Below are positions 1-7,567 of a stretch of 37,920 bases of DNA, piece by piece. Source of the stretch: Steroidobacteraceae bacterium (GTDB lineage: Bacteria; Pseudomonadota; Gammaproteobacteria; Steroidobacterales; Steroidobacteraceae); assembly GCA_041486385.1 (NCBI GenBank), contig JBGPLJ010000001.1, positions 1 to 37,920 of the forward strand. The letters are read 5' to 3'. The translations under genes were made by a program, and so were the position numbers. The stretch's first letter is position 1, and every line of letters starts with the position of its first letter. The notes under the pieces are model-generated. The model had not been told where the DNA came from and ran no database searches. It saw nothing but the letters and a program-made list of their open reading frames with translations.

Positions 1-1
1 C

Positions 2-154
2 GAACATTGCGCCGCCCGGATCGTGAGCGCGATCGAGCAGCGCAGGCGCCTCGTCATCCTGTCGGCACGCGGCCGCTTCGGCCGCTGGCTCAAACTCATC
101 GCCCCCCGTCTCATCGACAAGATCGCAGCGAACGCGATACGACGCCGCTATTGA
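2..154 (+). CDS. 3' end of a CDS that starts upstream of the window; the tail resembles the C-terminus of short-chain dehydrogenase/reductase family proteins
   Basis: Frame 2 is open from the window edge to TGA at 152-154. It reads EHCAARIVSAIEQRRRLVILSARGRFGRWLKLIAPRLIDKIAANAIRRRY with mostly G/C third positions. It is absent from the ORF track because it has no start. Family assignment is by resemblance only. Confidence 0.35.
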   Translation, partial: EHCAARIVSAIEQRRRLVILSARGRFGRWLKLIAPRLIDKIAANAIRRRY

Positions 155-159
155 AAGGA

Positions 160-672
160 CTACAGGAACTTTTCGAGGGTGACGAGGAAGTACTCGAAGA
201 GGTAGTTGATCTGCGCGATGTCGTCCTGCATGCGGTGATCGGAGTCGATCACGTGCAACGTCGCGTTGTGTTGCTTCGCGAAGCGGAAGCTGTTTTCGAC
301 GGGTACGATTTCGTCGCGCCAGCCGTGCACGATGGTGATCGGAATCTTGGGCGGCTTCGGCGTTTTTCCCTCGTGGCCCGGCATATAGAAGGCCGGCGCC
401 AATAGAAACATGCCGCGTGCCTGCAGGAGTGCAGCGGCGGCCGTCGAGACATGGCCGCCCATGCTCGAGCCGACCAGCACCAGCGAACCGCGCAGGTCCT
501 TGCAGAAACTCAGCAAGCGCGCGACGCGATCGTCGGGATCCTCGATGCCCTGATAGTCCACGGACTCGGGCTCGAATCCTTCACTGCGCGCGATTTCCGC
601 CATCGCGGAAATCTTGGCTCCCCACGGACCACTCTCTTTGCCGTGGGAGAAAACAACGTATCGATCTGCCAT
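160..672 (-). CDS. small alpha/beta-fold hydrolase (YqiA/UPF0227-like esterase)
   Basis: 170-aa ORF. It has the GSSMGG nucleophile elbow (G-x-S-x-G), then Asp in WRDEIVP and His in DSDHRM, in the order expected for a Ser-Asp-His triad. Confidence 0.8.
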   Translation of the reverse strand: MADRYVVFSHGKESGPWGAKISAMAEIARSEGFEPESVDYQGIEDPDDRVARLLSFCKDLRGSLVLVGSSMGGHVSTAAAALLQARGMFLLAPAFYMPGHEGKTPKPPKIPITIVHGWRDEIVPVENSFRFAKQHNATLHVIDSDHRMQDDIAQINYLFEYFLVTLEKFL

Positions 673-857
673 GAGCGCGGCGCCTCGGTGCGCGAGTTAC
701 CGAGTCCTCTCGGAACTTTGGAATGCATGAAGATCATAGCATCGCATGAGTGAAAGTTTGGCGGCGTGATGGCTCACCGTCATTTCGTCTTGACGCGTTC
801 TTCACACCAGGAGCGTCGTCAGATTCCGCGCACGCAACTCAAGGGCTCACGGAATTC

Positions 858-1367
858 TCAAGTGCCTGCGATTTTTTGCAGAAGCCGCCATACGAGCGGC
901 ACCAGGGCGACACCGGCCGAGCCGAGTACCGCGGCAAACAGGTAGCCGGCGAGCGCAACAGTGCGGGCAACGCGCCCGCGCAGGACGCGTTTCGGTTTGA
1001 GGTGTCTCGAGCCGGGCGGCGGGTAGACCGCCGTCGTACTGACGCGCCAGGAAAAATGGGCGATCCAGACGGCCACACCCAGCATGGACAGGCCCATGAC
1101 GACACTCATTACTCGCAGCCATTGAGCGAGGCTCGCAATATCCTCGGGCGCAACTGGCTGGGTCTTGTCGATCACCCGCTGCAGCAGGACATTGAGATAG
1201 AGAAGAATGCCGAACCCGCCAACCGCCCCGGCCATGATGACCCATTTCAGAGTCTTGCGGCTGCGTGGCGCCGGGTGCGGCTGGCGCCGTTCCGACCCGT
1301 CCCAGTTTCGCTCGGGTTCCTCGCTCATGGCCTCTAGAATAGCCTTGCTCTGCCGACTTCGGGTCAT
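858..1367 (-). CDS. hypothetical integral membrane protein
   Basis: 169-aa ORF with three hydrophobic helices (WVIMAGAVGGFGILLYLNVLL, VMSVVMGLSMLGVAVWIAHF, TVALAGYLFAAVLGSAGVALVPLVW). The overlapping + strand ORF 750-1337 looks like a shadow frame. ATG 1328 is an alternative start. No family recognised. Confidence 0.55.
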   Translation of the reverse strand: MTRSRQSKAILEAMSEEPERNWDGSERRQPHPAPRSRKTLKWVIMAGAVGGFGILLYLNVLLQRVIDKTQPVAPEDIASLAQWLRVMSVVMGLSMLGVAVWIAHFSWRVSTTAVYPPPGSRHLKPKRVLRGRVARTVALAGYLFAAVLGSAGVALVPLVWRLLQKIAGT

Positions 1368-1487
1368 CGGGCGCGCTGGCGCGTTGCGATACGGCGCTCA
1401 TACCGGGTTTCTGTGACCCGGGTCCGCTTCTTGGAACGCCGCCGCCCGAACAATGCTCACCTGCCCCGCCCGGATGCCCCTGGTGCC

Positions 1488-3326
1488 ATGAGCCTCGAGC
1501 ACGAGACTATCGTTGAAACTGCGATCGAGCGTCGCAGCGTCCTCGGCATGCTCGCGAATCTGCCGCTCTTCCGTGACCTCGATGTCGCGCTGCTCAGCGA
1601 CATCGCCAACGAAACCGAATGGTTCTCGCTGCCCGGCGGGAGCACCCTGTTCGAAGCGGGTGCGGAACCGGACGCACTCTACTTCGTGATCAGCGGGTGC
1701 CTGGGTGTCTATACCAGGTCGCTTGACGGCCATGCGCGGCTCGTTGGCCGCGTACTGGCTGGCGAGACGGTCGGCGAGATGGCGCTCATCTCGGGCAAGC
1801 CACGCACGGCGACGGTCGTCGCTTTGCGCGACACGGAAGTCGGCCGGTTCTCGAAAGCCGCCTTCGAGACGCTGATGCTGGCGCATCCGCAAGGCCTGCT
1901 GCGCATTGCCCAGCTCACGGTCGCGCGCCTCGAGTCGAGCCAGAGCCAGGTGCGCGGCAAGCGCGCGATGCCCAAGACCTTCACGCTCATCCCGCACGGA
2001 GTCGACGTCGACATCGGCGGCTTCGCGACGGAGCTCGTCGAGGCGCTCAACCGGATCGCGCGCAGCGAACTCGTCTGGAGCGTGCGTGGAGCGGAGCACA
2101 CGAGCCACTGGTTCAACAACGTCGAGAGCGCGAACGACTTCGTCGTCTACGTCGCGGATCCGACGCCGACCGCGTGGAGCAAACTGTGTCTGCGCCAGGC
2201 CGATTCGCTGTTGCTCGTGGCGCGTGCCGGCGATCCCGCGAGTGACTGGCCGGCGCTTGCGACCAGCGTCGACGGTCGACTCGCCTTGCAGCGCGCGGAA
2301 CTTGTGCTGCTCCATGAAGACCGCTTCGTTGCCGGGGCTGCGCGCCGCTGGCTCGAGCAGAAGCCGGGCATCAATCATCATCACGTGCGCAGCCCGGCGG
2401 ACGTTGCGCGTGTCGCGCGATTGCTCACCGGCCACGGCGTAGGCCTGGTGCTGTCGGGCGGTGGCGCACGCGGCTTTGCGCACATCGGCGTCATCCGTGC
2501 GCTCGCCGAAGCCGGAGTTCCCGTCGATGTCGTCGGCGGTACGAGTATCGGCGCCATCATGGCTGCGGGTGTCGCTTCCGGCTGGGATGCCGCGGAAATG
2601 CGCGAGCGCTTCAAGCGCACCTTTGTCGACACCAATCCGCTCAACGACTACACGTTGCCGCTCGTCTCGCTCGTCTCGGGGCGCAAAGTGGGGCGGCTCC
2701 TGCGCCAGGAACTGGGTGAAGTCGATATCGAGGACCTGCCGCTGCCTTACTTCTGCGTCTCATCGAATCTCACAACGGGGCGCAGCGCCATTCATCGCAG
2801 CGGCAAACTGTGGCGCTGGTTGCGAGCATCCGTCGCGATTCCGGGCGTGCTGCCGCCCGTATTCGACAAGGGCGAGGTGCTCGTCGACGGCGGCGCGATC
2901 AACAATCTGCCCGTTGACGTCATGCGGGAACTCGGGCGCGGCCCGATCGTCGGCGTCGATGTCGGCGCGGACCGCGCGTTCAGCACGGATATGGATGAAG
3001 CGGAAGTGCCGCCCTTCTGGAAGATCGTGCAATGGTTCCGCGGCAAGAAACGCCGCGTGAACATTCTGCAGATCCTGTGGCGCGCGGGAATGATCAACAG
3101 CTCGGTCAACACGCAGGCGCACCGCGACATGACCGATCTTCTGCTGCAACCGCCGCTCGAGATGTTCGACATGCTCGACTGGAAGGCCTTCGATCGCGCG
3201 ATCGACGCGGGCTACCGCTACGCGCGCGAACGCCTCGGCGAAAGCGCTTCTTCTCTTCTCCCGCCAGCGCGCACCGTCCCCGTCAAAAAGCGCCGCGCGA
3301 TCGAACTCACCCGCCGCAAGGGCTGA
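1488..3326 (+). CDS. cyclic-nucleotide-binding domain fused to a patatin-like phospholipase (NTE/RssA-like)
   Basis: ATG 1488 (MSLEHE) chosen inside ORF 1413-3326. The N-terminus is a CAP-type cNMP-binding domain (LFEAGAEPDALYFVISG ... GEMALISGKPRTATVVA). The patatin domain has the GGGARG oxyanion loop, the G-T-S-I-G nucleophile and D-G-G (VLVDGGAINNLP). Confidence 0.9.
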   Translation: MSLEHETIVETAIERRSVLGMLANLPLFRDLDVALLSDIANETEWFSLPGGSTLFEAGAEPDALYFVISGCLGVYTRSLDGHARLVGRVLAGETVGEMALISGKPRTATVVALRDTEVGRFSKAAFETLMLAHPQGLLRIAQLTVARLESSQSQVRGKRAMPKTFTLIPHGVDVDIGGFATELVEALNRIARSELVWSVRGAEHTSHWFNNVESANDFVVYVADPTPTAWSKLCLRQADSLLLVARAGDPASDWPALATSVDGRLALQRAELVLLHEDRFVAGAARRWLEQKPGINHHHVRSPADVARVARLLTGHGVGLVLSGGGARGFAHIGVIRALAEAGVPVDVVGGTSIGAIMAAGVASGWDAAEMRERFKRTFVDTNPLNDYTLPLVSLVSGRKVGRLLRQELGEVDIEDLPLPYFCVSSNLTTGRSAIHRSGKLWRWLRASVAIPGVLPPVFDKGEVLVDGGAINNLPVDVMRELGRGPIVGVDVGADRAFSTDMDEAEVPPFWKIVQWFRGKKRRVNILQILWRAGMINSSVNTQAHRDMTDLLLQPPLEMFDMLDWKAFDRAIDAGYRYARERLGESASSLLPPARTVPVKKRRAIELTRRKG

Positions 3327-3364
3327 CCGTCGGCCGCGTGCGGTCGAACCTTCTGCGAGTCTTA

Positions 3365-3459
3365 GTAAGGGAGGTCCTTTCGGGACCGCCGTGAATACGT
3401 CCATGTAGGCTTCGGAAAAAACGTCCTGTTTTTTACGATCCCGAAAGGACCTCCCTGAC
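3365..3459. repeat. palindromic element (17-bp perfect inverted arms with an inner A/T hairpin)
   Basis: The arms are GGGAGGTCCTTTCGGGA (3369-3385) and TCCCGAAAGGACCTCCC (3439-3455), 53 nt apart. The spacer contains AAAAAAC-gtcct-GTTTTTT (3416-3434). It lies about 40 nt after the patatin stop. I saw only one copy in this window. Confidence 0.5.
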
Positions 3460-3504
3460 CAAGCCTCGCGACTCGCGGTGCCGTCGAGCAAATGCGTGCG
3501 CCTC

Positions 3505-3743
3505 TTCTCCCGGTCCCGCGGCGCTGGACGGGCTCCTCCTTCGCGCTCATTGCAAACGCCGCCGCGCGAGCGCAGGCAATGAGGCAGGTACGGCTGGACG
3601 GCACCGCGATAACACGTCGCCTCATTGCCCGATCGCGCAAGGATCGCGAGAAATTCCGAGCGGTCCGCCGCCGGAATTTCTCATGCGCGTTTGCGCCATG
3701 AGCGCGAAGGAGGAGCCCGTCCAGCGCCGCGGAGCCGGGAGAA
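3505..3743. mobile_element. MITE-like palindromic repeat, family A, copy 1
   Basis: The terminal inverted repeats match at 44 of the outer 46 nt by hand alignment (TTCTCCCGGTCCCGCGGCGCTGGACGGGCTCCTCCTTCGCGCTCAT versus the reverse complement of the right end). There are two internal 11-bp stem-loops (GGCAATGAGGC/GCCTCATTGCC and GAGAAATTCCG/CGGAATTTCTC). A second copy lies in the opposite orientation at 24819-25036 (about 14-15 substitutions, no indels, over ~218 nt). It has no coding capacity. Confidence 0.7.
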
Positions 3744-3768
3744 ACAAGATCGAATCCCCGCACCCTAA

Positions 3769-3794
3769 CCCTCTCCCCTGATAAGGGGAGAGGG
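3769..3794. repeat. GC-rich hairpin (CCCTCTCCCC-tgataa-GGGGAGAGGG) downstream of the DUF559 gene
   Basis: 10-bp perfect stem with a 6-nt loop. It lies 39 nt downstream of the minus-strand DUF559 stop, so it could terminate or stabilise that transcript. The motif resembles REP-type sequences that often accompany DUF559 genes. Confidence 0.45.
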
Positions 3795-3832
3795 AACCGG
3801 AATCGTGCTGCTGCGGGACGACGGCCGCGAGT

Positions 3833-4219
3833 TTAGCGATGCAGCCTGCCCTCGATCGCCCGCCGCACGGCCTTGAGGTCGTTGAGCACCTCGGTTTCGG
3901 TAATCCACAACACGCGATACCCCAGCCGCTCGAGCAGAACGCGCCGGGTTGCCGCGTGCGGTGCGCTGCAGGAGCGCTCGATCTCGATCACCAGCGCCTG
4001 CTCGAGGCAGACGAACTCAACGACAAAAGGCCCGAGCGGATGCTGGCGCTTGAAGCCGTGCCCGCGCAGCTCGCGCGTTCGCAAGAGTCCCCAGAGGCGG
4101 TCGGTTGCCGCGCGGCTTCGCTGACGTCGCGGGCGGCCGTACGCGACTGCGCGCGTGCGGCCCCGAGCGGGCGTGTCGCCGCTCCGCCGCAAGAAGAGAC
4201 TTCGAAGATAACGCACCAT
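3833..4219 (-). CDS. DUF559 (Vsr-like endonuclease fold) domain protein
   Basis: 128-aa ORF. LRGHGFKRQHPLGPFVVEFVCLEQALVIEIE ... LERLGYRVLWITETEVLNDLKAVRRAI follows the DUF559 pattern. The usual E-L-D-G acidic motif reads E-I-E-R here, so activity is uncertain. The Arg-rich N-terminus makes the start uncertain. Confidence 0.65.
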   Translation of the reverse strand: MVRYLRSLFLRRSGDTPARGRTRAVAYGRPRRQRSRAATDRLWGLLRTRELRGHGFKRQHPLGPFVVEFVCLEQALVIEIERSCSAPHAATRRVLLERLGYRVLWITETEVLNDLKAVRRAIEGRLHR

Positions 4220-4365
4220 GCCGAGGCTCGAGACTGCCGACGCGAAGGCGAAGTCTGCGCGTCGCGGCGGCGATTCACCGAACGCCGAATGGCCTGCGTA
4301 TGTAGAATTACGCGTCAGACGCCCGGCAAGTTCGCCGGGAGCGAACGCCCGAGGCGCTCACAGGC

Positions 4366-4833
4366 ATGGCCAGTCGGAGCTTGAGTCTCTACGAGCGGCT
4401 CGCGCGCCGCCCGCTTGGCAAATGGCTGTTTGCCGAAATCATCTGCCTCAACGCGCCGTATTTCTCGACCATCCAACCGCGCTTTCAGGAATTGCGGCCG
4501 GGCCTGTGCCAGGTATCGATGCGCAAACGGCGGGGTGTGTTGAATCACATTCGCACCGTGCATGCGCTCGCGATCGCCAATCTCTGCGAACTCGCGGCCG
4601 GCATGCTGATGGAAGCTACGCTGCCCGCCGAGCTGCGCTGGATCCCGCGCGGCATGACGATTGAATATCTGCAGAAAGCGAAGACGGACATTACCGCCGT
4701 CGCAAGACTCGACAAGCAGGACTGGGTCGATGGGGAGAACGTCGGCGTGCCGGTGACCGCCATGGACAAGGACGGTCTGGAAGTCGTGCGCGCCGTGATT
4801 ACGATGTACGTATCGAAGCGGACATCGAGCTAA
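4366..4833 (+). CDS. hotdog-fold protein (DUF4442 / YiiD C-terminal thioesterase-like)
   Basis: 155-aa ORF. LYERLARRPLGKWLFAEIICLNAPYFSTIQPRF.ELRPG.C.V.M.KRR.V.NH..TVHALAIANLCELAAG matches my memory of the DUF4442 consensus. It needs profile confirmation. Confidence 0.6.
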   Translation: MASRSLSLYERLARRPLGKWLFAEIICLNAPYFSTIQPRFQELRPGLCQVSMRKRRGVLNHIRTVHALAIANLCELAAGMLMEATLPAELRWIPRGMTIEYLQKAKTDITAVARLDKQDWVDGENVGVPVTAMDKDGLEVVRAVITMYVSKRTSS

Positions 4834-6464
4834 AGGTAAGGCGCTATGGCGGCACGCATCGCGGGCGTCGATTCGATCTCTTCGTCGACGCGATAGCTCG
4901 CCGAGAGCAGGCGGTTGTAGCTGACTCGTTCCACCCGGCTGCCCGCCGCACTTTGAGTGATCAGATAGGAGTGATAGTCGCCTGACCGGGCTGCGGCGAA
5001 GCCAAAAAGCAGGCGCACGGAACCGGCGTGCGCGGCACTGCCGTCGTTCAGCCGCTCATCGCAGGCGACGAAATACGCCTCGTCCTCAGCATGGCCGATG
5101 AATGCGCCCGCAGCCTCGAGGCCCGCCAGGAATTCCTCGACGCGCGCGGTGACGCGCCGCCACAGATCGGGGCCGTTCTGATCGAACAGCACCCAGCGCG
5201 TACCACGCTCGACGCTGTTCAGGATGAAAAGCGCGAGACGGCGCGCCGACAGGTATTTCCAGTCGGGCGATTCCGCCGATGGCCCGCAGAGTGTGCGCGG
5301 GCTCAAACCCAATCGAACCGACGAGCGCACGCTCTGCACAGTGTTGATGCCTGCGTATGCGAGGCGCGCGCGCTCCGCATCGGCAACTGCGCACAGCGGG
5401 CGGTATCCGGCACGCAATATCGCGTCCTCGCCCTCCGCCGGTGACCATACGGGCCAGGTCTCGTCGTGTCGCGCCAGCATGCCAGCGACGGCCCCGCTCG
5501 GCGCGAAGGTTTCGTGGCGGCCGCGCAGGCGGTCGTACGCGACGATGCGCGGGAAATACATCACCGCGTTCTGACTCGCGAAATACCAATCGTGCATGGC
5601 TTCGAGCGCGGCCTCCGCTGAAGTCCATGCAGCGGGCGGATCGACGATCAGCAGCGCGGACCGCTCGCGCGCGATTCTGGCGGCGACCATCAGGGCGCTC
5701 GGCCCGACGTCGGCGTCGCGCGTGAGGGGCGGAATACAGAGAAAGTTGAAGGACTCGACGCCCTTCAGCGCATGCAGTCCAGTGCCCTCGGTGGCCGAAC
5801 CGATGATGTCGTAGTCGGTCGGCGGCGCGCCGTCATCGCCATTGGGATTCGACTGGACATAGCCGACGAGACCGCCGTGCGCATGCAGCGTCCGATCCGG
5901 CCGCGCCGCCGGCACCTCGCCGATGAAGCGCACCAGAGCCGAGTCGTCGAGCCCGAACGGCACGTAACTGCGGCCCGCTGCGGGATCGACCGACAGCCGC
6001 CGATAGATCTCCTGATCCTCGACGAATTCCGAACCGGGCGTGCGAATACGCTGCACGACCAGATTGAATCGGTCGCCTTCGTTCTCGCCGATGTTGTCGT
6101 AGTCGACCGAGGCGCGCAGGTACTCGCGCGTGCCCGGGCACGTGGCTTCGAGCGTGAGCGTGCCTGCGCCGGCAGGCAGGGTGAGTGTCTTGGGTGAGGC
6201 GCCGTTGGCGACGCGCACGATGATCGCCTCGCGCCCGCCATTCTCGAAGAACTGCTCGACCGCATAGCCGAGCATCGACGGTTGCCACAGGCCGCCAAAC
6301 AGCCGCTGAAAATCAGCGAAGCTCGCGAGCGTCACCGGTTGATTGCAGGGGCCGCGCAACGCGCGTCCGACAAAAGCGGTGATGGCGGTGCTGGCGCGCG
6401 CGATTGAATGTTCGGGCCCCGGTTCTTCGGCGACCCGGATGCCCGGCGTGAGCAGTTCCGCCAT
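4830..6464 (-). CDS. phage tail sheath family protein (contractile sheath homologue), stand-alone
   Basis: 544-aa ORF. The N-terminus (LTPGIRVAEE...STAITAFVGRA...LASFADFQRLFG...AVEQFFENGGREAIIVRV) and C-terminus (GINTVQSV...PDWKYLSARRLALFILNSVERGTRWVLFDQNGPDLWRRVTARVEEFLAGLEAAGAFIG...EAYFVACDERLN) both follow the sheath-family pattern. Its stop overlaps the hotdog gene stop at 4830-4833. Confidence 0.8.
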   Translation of the reverse strand: MAELLTPGIRVAEEPGPEHSIARASTAITAFVGRALRGPCNQPVTLASFADFQRLFGGLWQPSMLGYAVEQFFENGGREAIIVRVANGASPKTLTLPAGAGTLTLEATCPGTREYLRASVDYDNIGENEGDRFNLVVQRIRTPGSEFVEDQEIYRRLSVDPAAGRSYVPFGLDDSALVRFIGEVPAARPDRTLHAHGGLVGYVQSNPNGDDGAPPTDYDIIGSATEGTGLHALKGVESFNFLCIPPLTRDADVGPSALMVAARIARERSALLIVDPPAAWTSAEAALEAMHDWYFASQNAVMYFPRIVAYDRLRGRHETFAPSGAVAGMLARHDETWPVWSPAEGEDAILRAGYRPLCAVADAERARLAYAGINTVQSVRSSVRLGLSPRTLCGPSAESPDWKYLSARRLALFILNSVERGTRWVLFDQNGPDLWRRVTARVEEFLAGLEAAGAFIGHAEDEAYFVACDERLNDGSAAHAGSVRLLFGFAAARSGDYHSYLITQSAAGSRVERVSYNRLLSASYRVDEEIESTPAMRAAIAPYL

Positions 6465-6577
6465 GCGTGTCCTGCGGATGGCCCCTGGGGGTGAGTAATC
6501 GCGCCGGACTCTAGCATATGCTGGCGTCCGTGGCGGACGCGTGTCGCCCGATGCCGGGAAAACAGCAAGAGTACAAG

Positions 6578-7519
6578 ATGCCCCGACTGTCCGATGGCTA
6601 CACGACCCAACGCTGGAAGCTTGGGTTCGCGCTGGCGCTCACCACGTCGATCATCTGGAGCACACTTCCCATCGCGCTCAAGGTCGCGTGCGAGCGCGTC
6701 GACGCCGAAACCGTCACGTGGCTGCGTTTTGTCGTGGCGGCTGTGGTGCTCGGCATCTTGCTCGGCATGAGTGGAACTCTACCCGTACCGCTGCGGCTCA
6801 CTCGACGCGGCTGGACGCTCGTTGCGATTTCGCTGGCGGGCCTGATAGGCAATTACCTGAGCTACGCATTCGCCCTCGAATATGTATCGCCGACCGTTAA
6901 TCAGACGGTCATCCAGCTCGCGCCGATGCTGCTGCTCCTGAGCGGGCTCGTATTTCTGCATGAACGCCTCGGCCGCGCGCAGCTCGTGGGCCTCGCCGTC
7001 CTGCTCCTGGGGCTCGTTCTGTTCTTCAACCGGCGGCTCACGGAATTTGGCGTCGCCGGGAGTCATCTGACCGCGGGCGTCGCGCTGCTCGTGCTGGCAT
7101 CCCTGGTGTGGGCGAGCTACGGAATTGCGCAGAAGCTGCTGCTGCGATCGCTCGGCGCACAGCAGATTCTCTGGGTGCTGTACGTCGGCGCAGCGATCGC
7201 GCTGCTGCCGGTCGCTCATCCGGCGGCCATTCTTCAGGTCACGTCGGTCCAGGCGATCGCACTGATCTACTGCTGCCTGAACACGCTCTTTGGTTACGGC
7301 GCCTTCGCGGCGGCGCTGGAGCACTGGGACGTATCGCGTGTCAGCGCCGTGCTCGCCACCGCCCCGATCTTCACGCTCTCGGCGATGTGGCTTACGGAAA
7401 AGCTCTGGCCCGGACTCCTGCAGCCAGAGCGACTGAATGCACTTGCCATTGGCGGCGCGTTCGCGGTCGTCGTCGGCTCGATTGTCTGCGCGCTCGGCGG
7501 ACAGCGCGCTGCGGCGTGA
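6578..7519 (+). CDS. DMT-superfamily (EamA-type) transporter
   Basis: About 10 hydrophobic helices in two EamA-like halves (e.g. IIWSTLPIALKV, LIGNYLSYAFALEYVSPTVNQTVIQLAPMLL, FGYGAFAAALEHWDVSRVSAVLATAPIFT). The start could also be ATG 6518 or 6551. Confidence 0.85.
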   Translation: MPRLSDGYTTQRWKLGFALALTTSIIWSTLPIALKVACERVDAETVTWLRFVVAAVVLGILLGMSGTLPVPLRLTRRGWTLVAISLAGLIGNYLSYAFALEYVSPTVNQTVIQLAPMLLLLSGLVFLHERLGRAQLVGLAVLLLGLVLFFNRRLTEFGVAGSHLTAGVALLVLASLVWASYGIAQKLLLRSLGAQQILWVLYVGAAIALLPVAHPAAILQVTSVQAIALIYCCLNTLFGYGAFAAALEHWDVSRVSAVLATAPIFTLSAMWLTEKLWPGLLQPERLNALAIGGAFAVVVGSIVCALGGQRAAA

Positions 7520-7567
7520 CCACGTTGTCGGTGATGCATGTCGAGGCCCGCGAGACCGACCGAGTGC

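Noticed and set aside
3492-3701. Short ORFs inside the repeats (3492-3701, 17466-17717, 24849-25223, 24968-25204) whose translations are similar to each other
   Set aside because: The similarity is explained at the DNA level by the MITE copies. The frames sit in palindromic sequence, lack RBSs, and occur in both orientations, so they are not protein families.
4220-6577. Sheath gene as evidence of a prophage or tailocin
   Set aside because: No capsid, tube, tape-measure, baseplate, lysis, integrase or att-like features occur in the surrounding 38 kb, and the composition is host-like. I treat it as an orphan gene (see findings) rather than a prophage.
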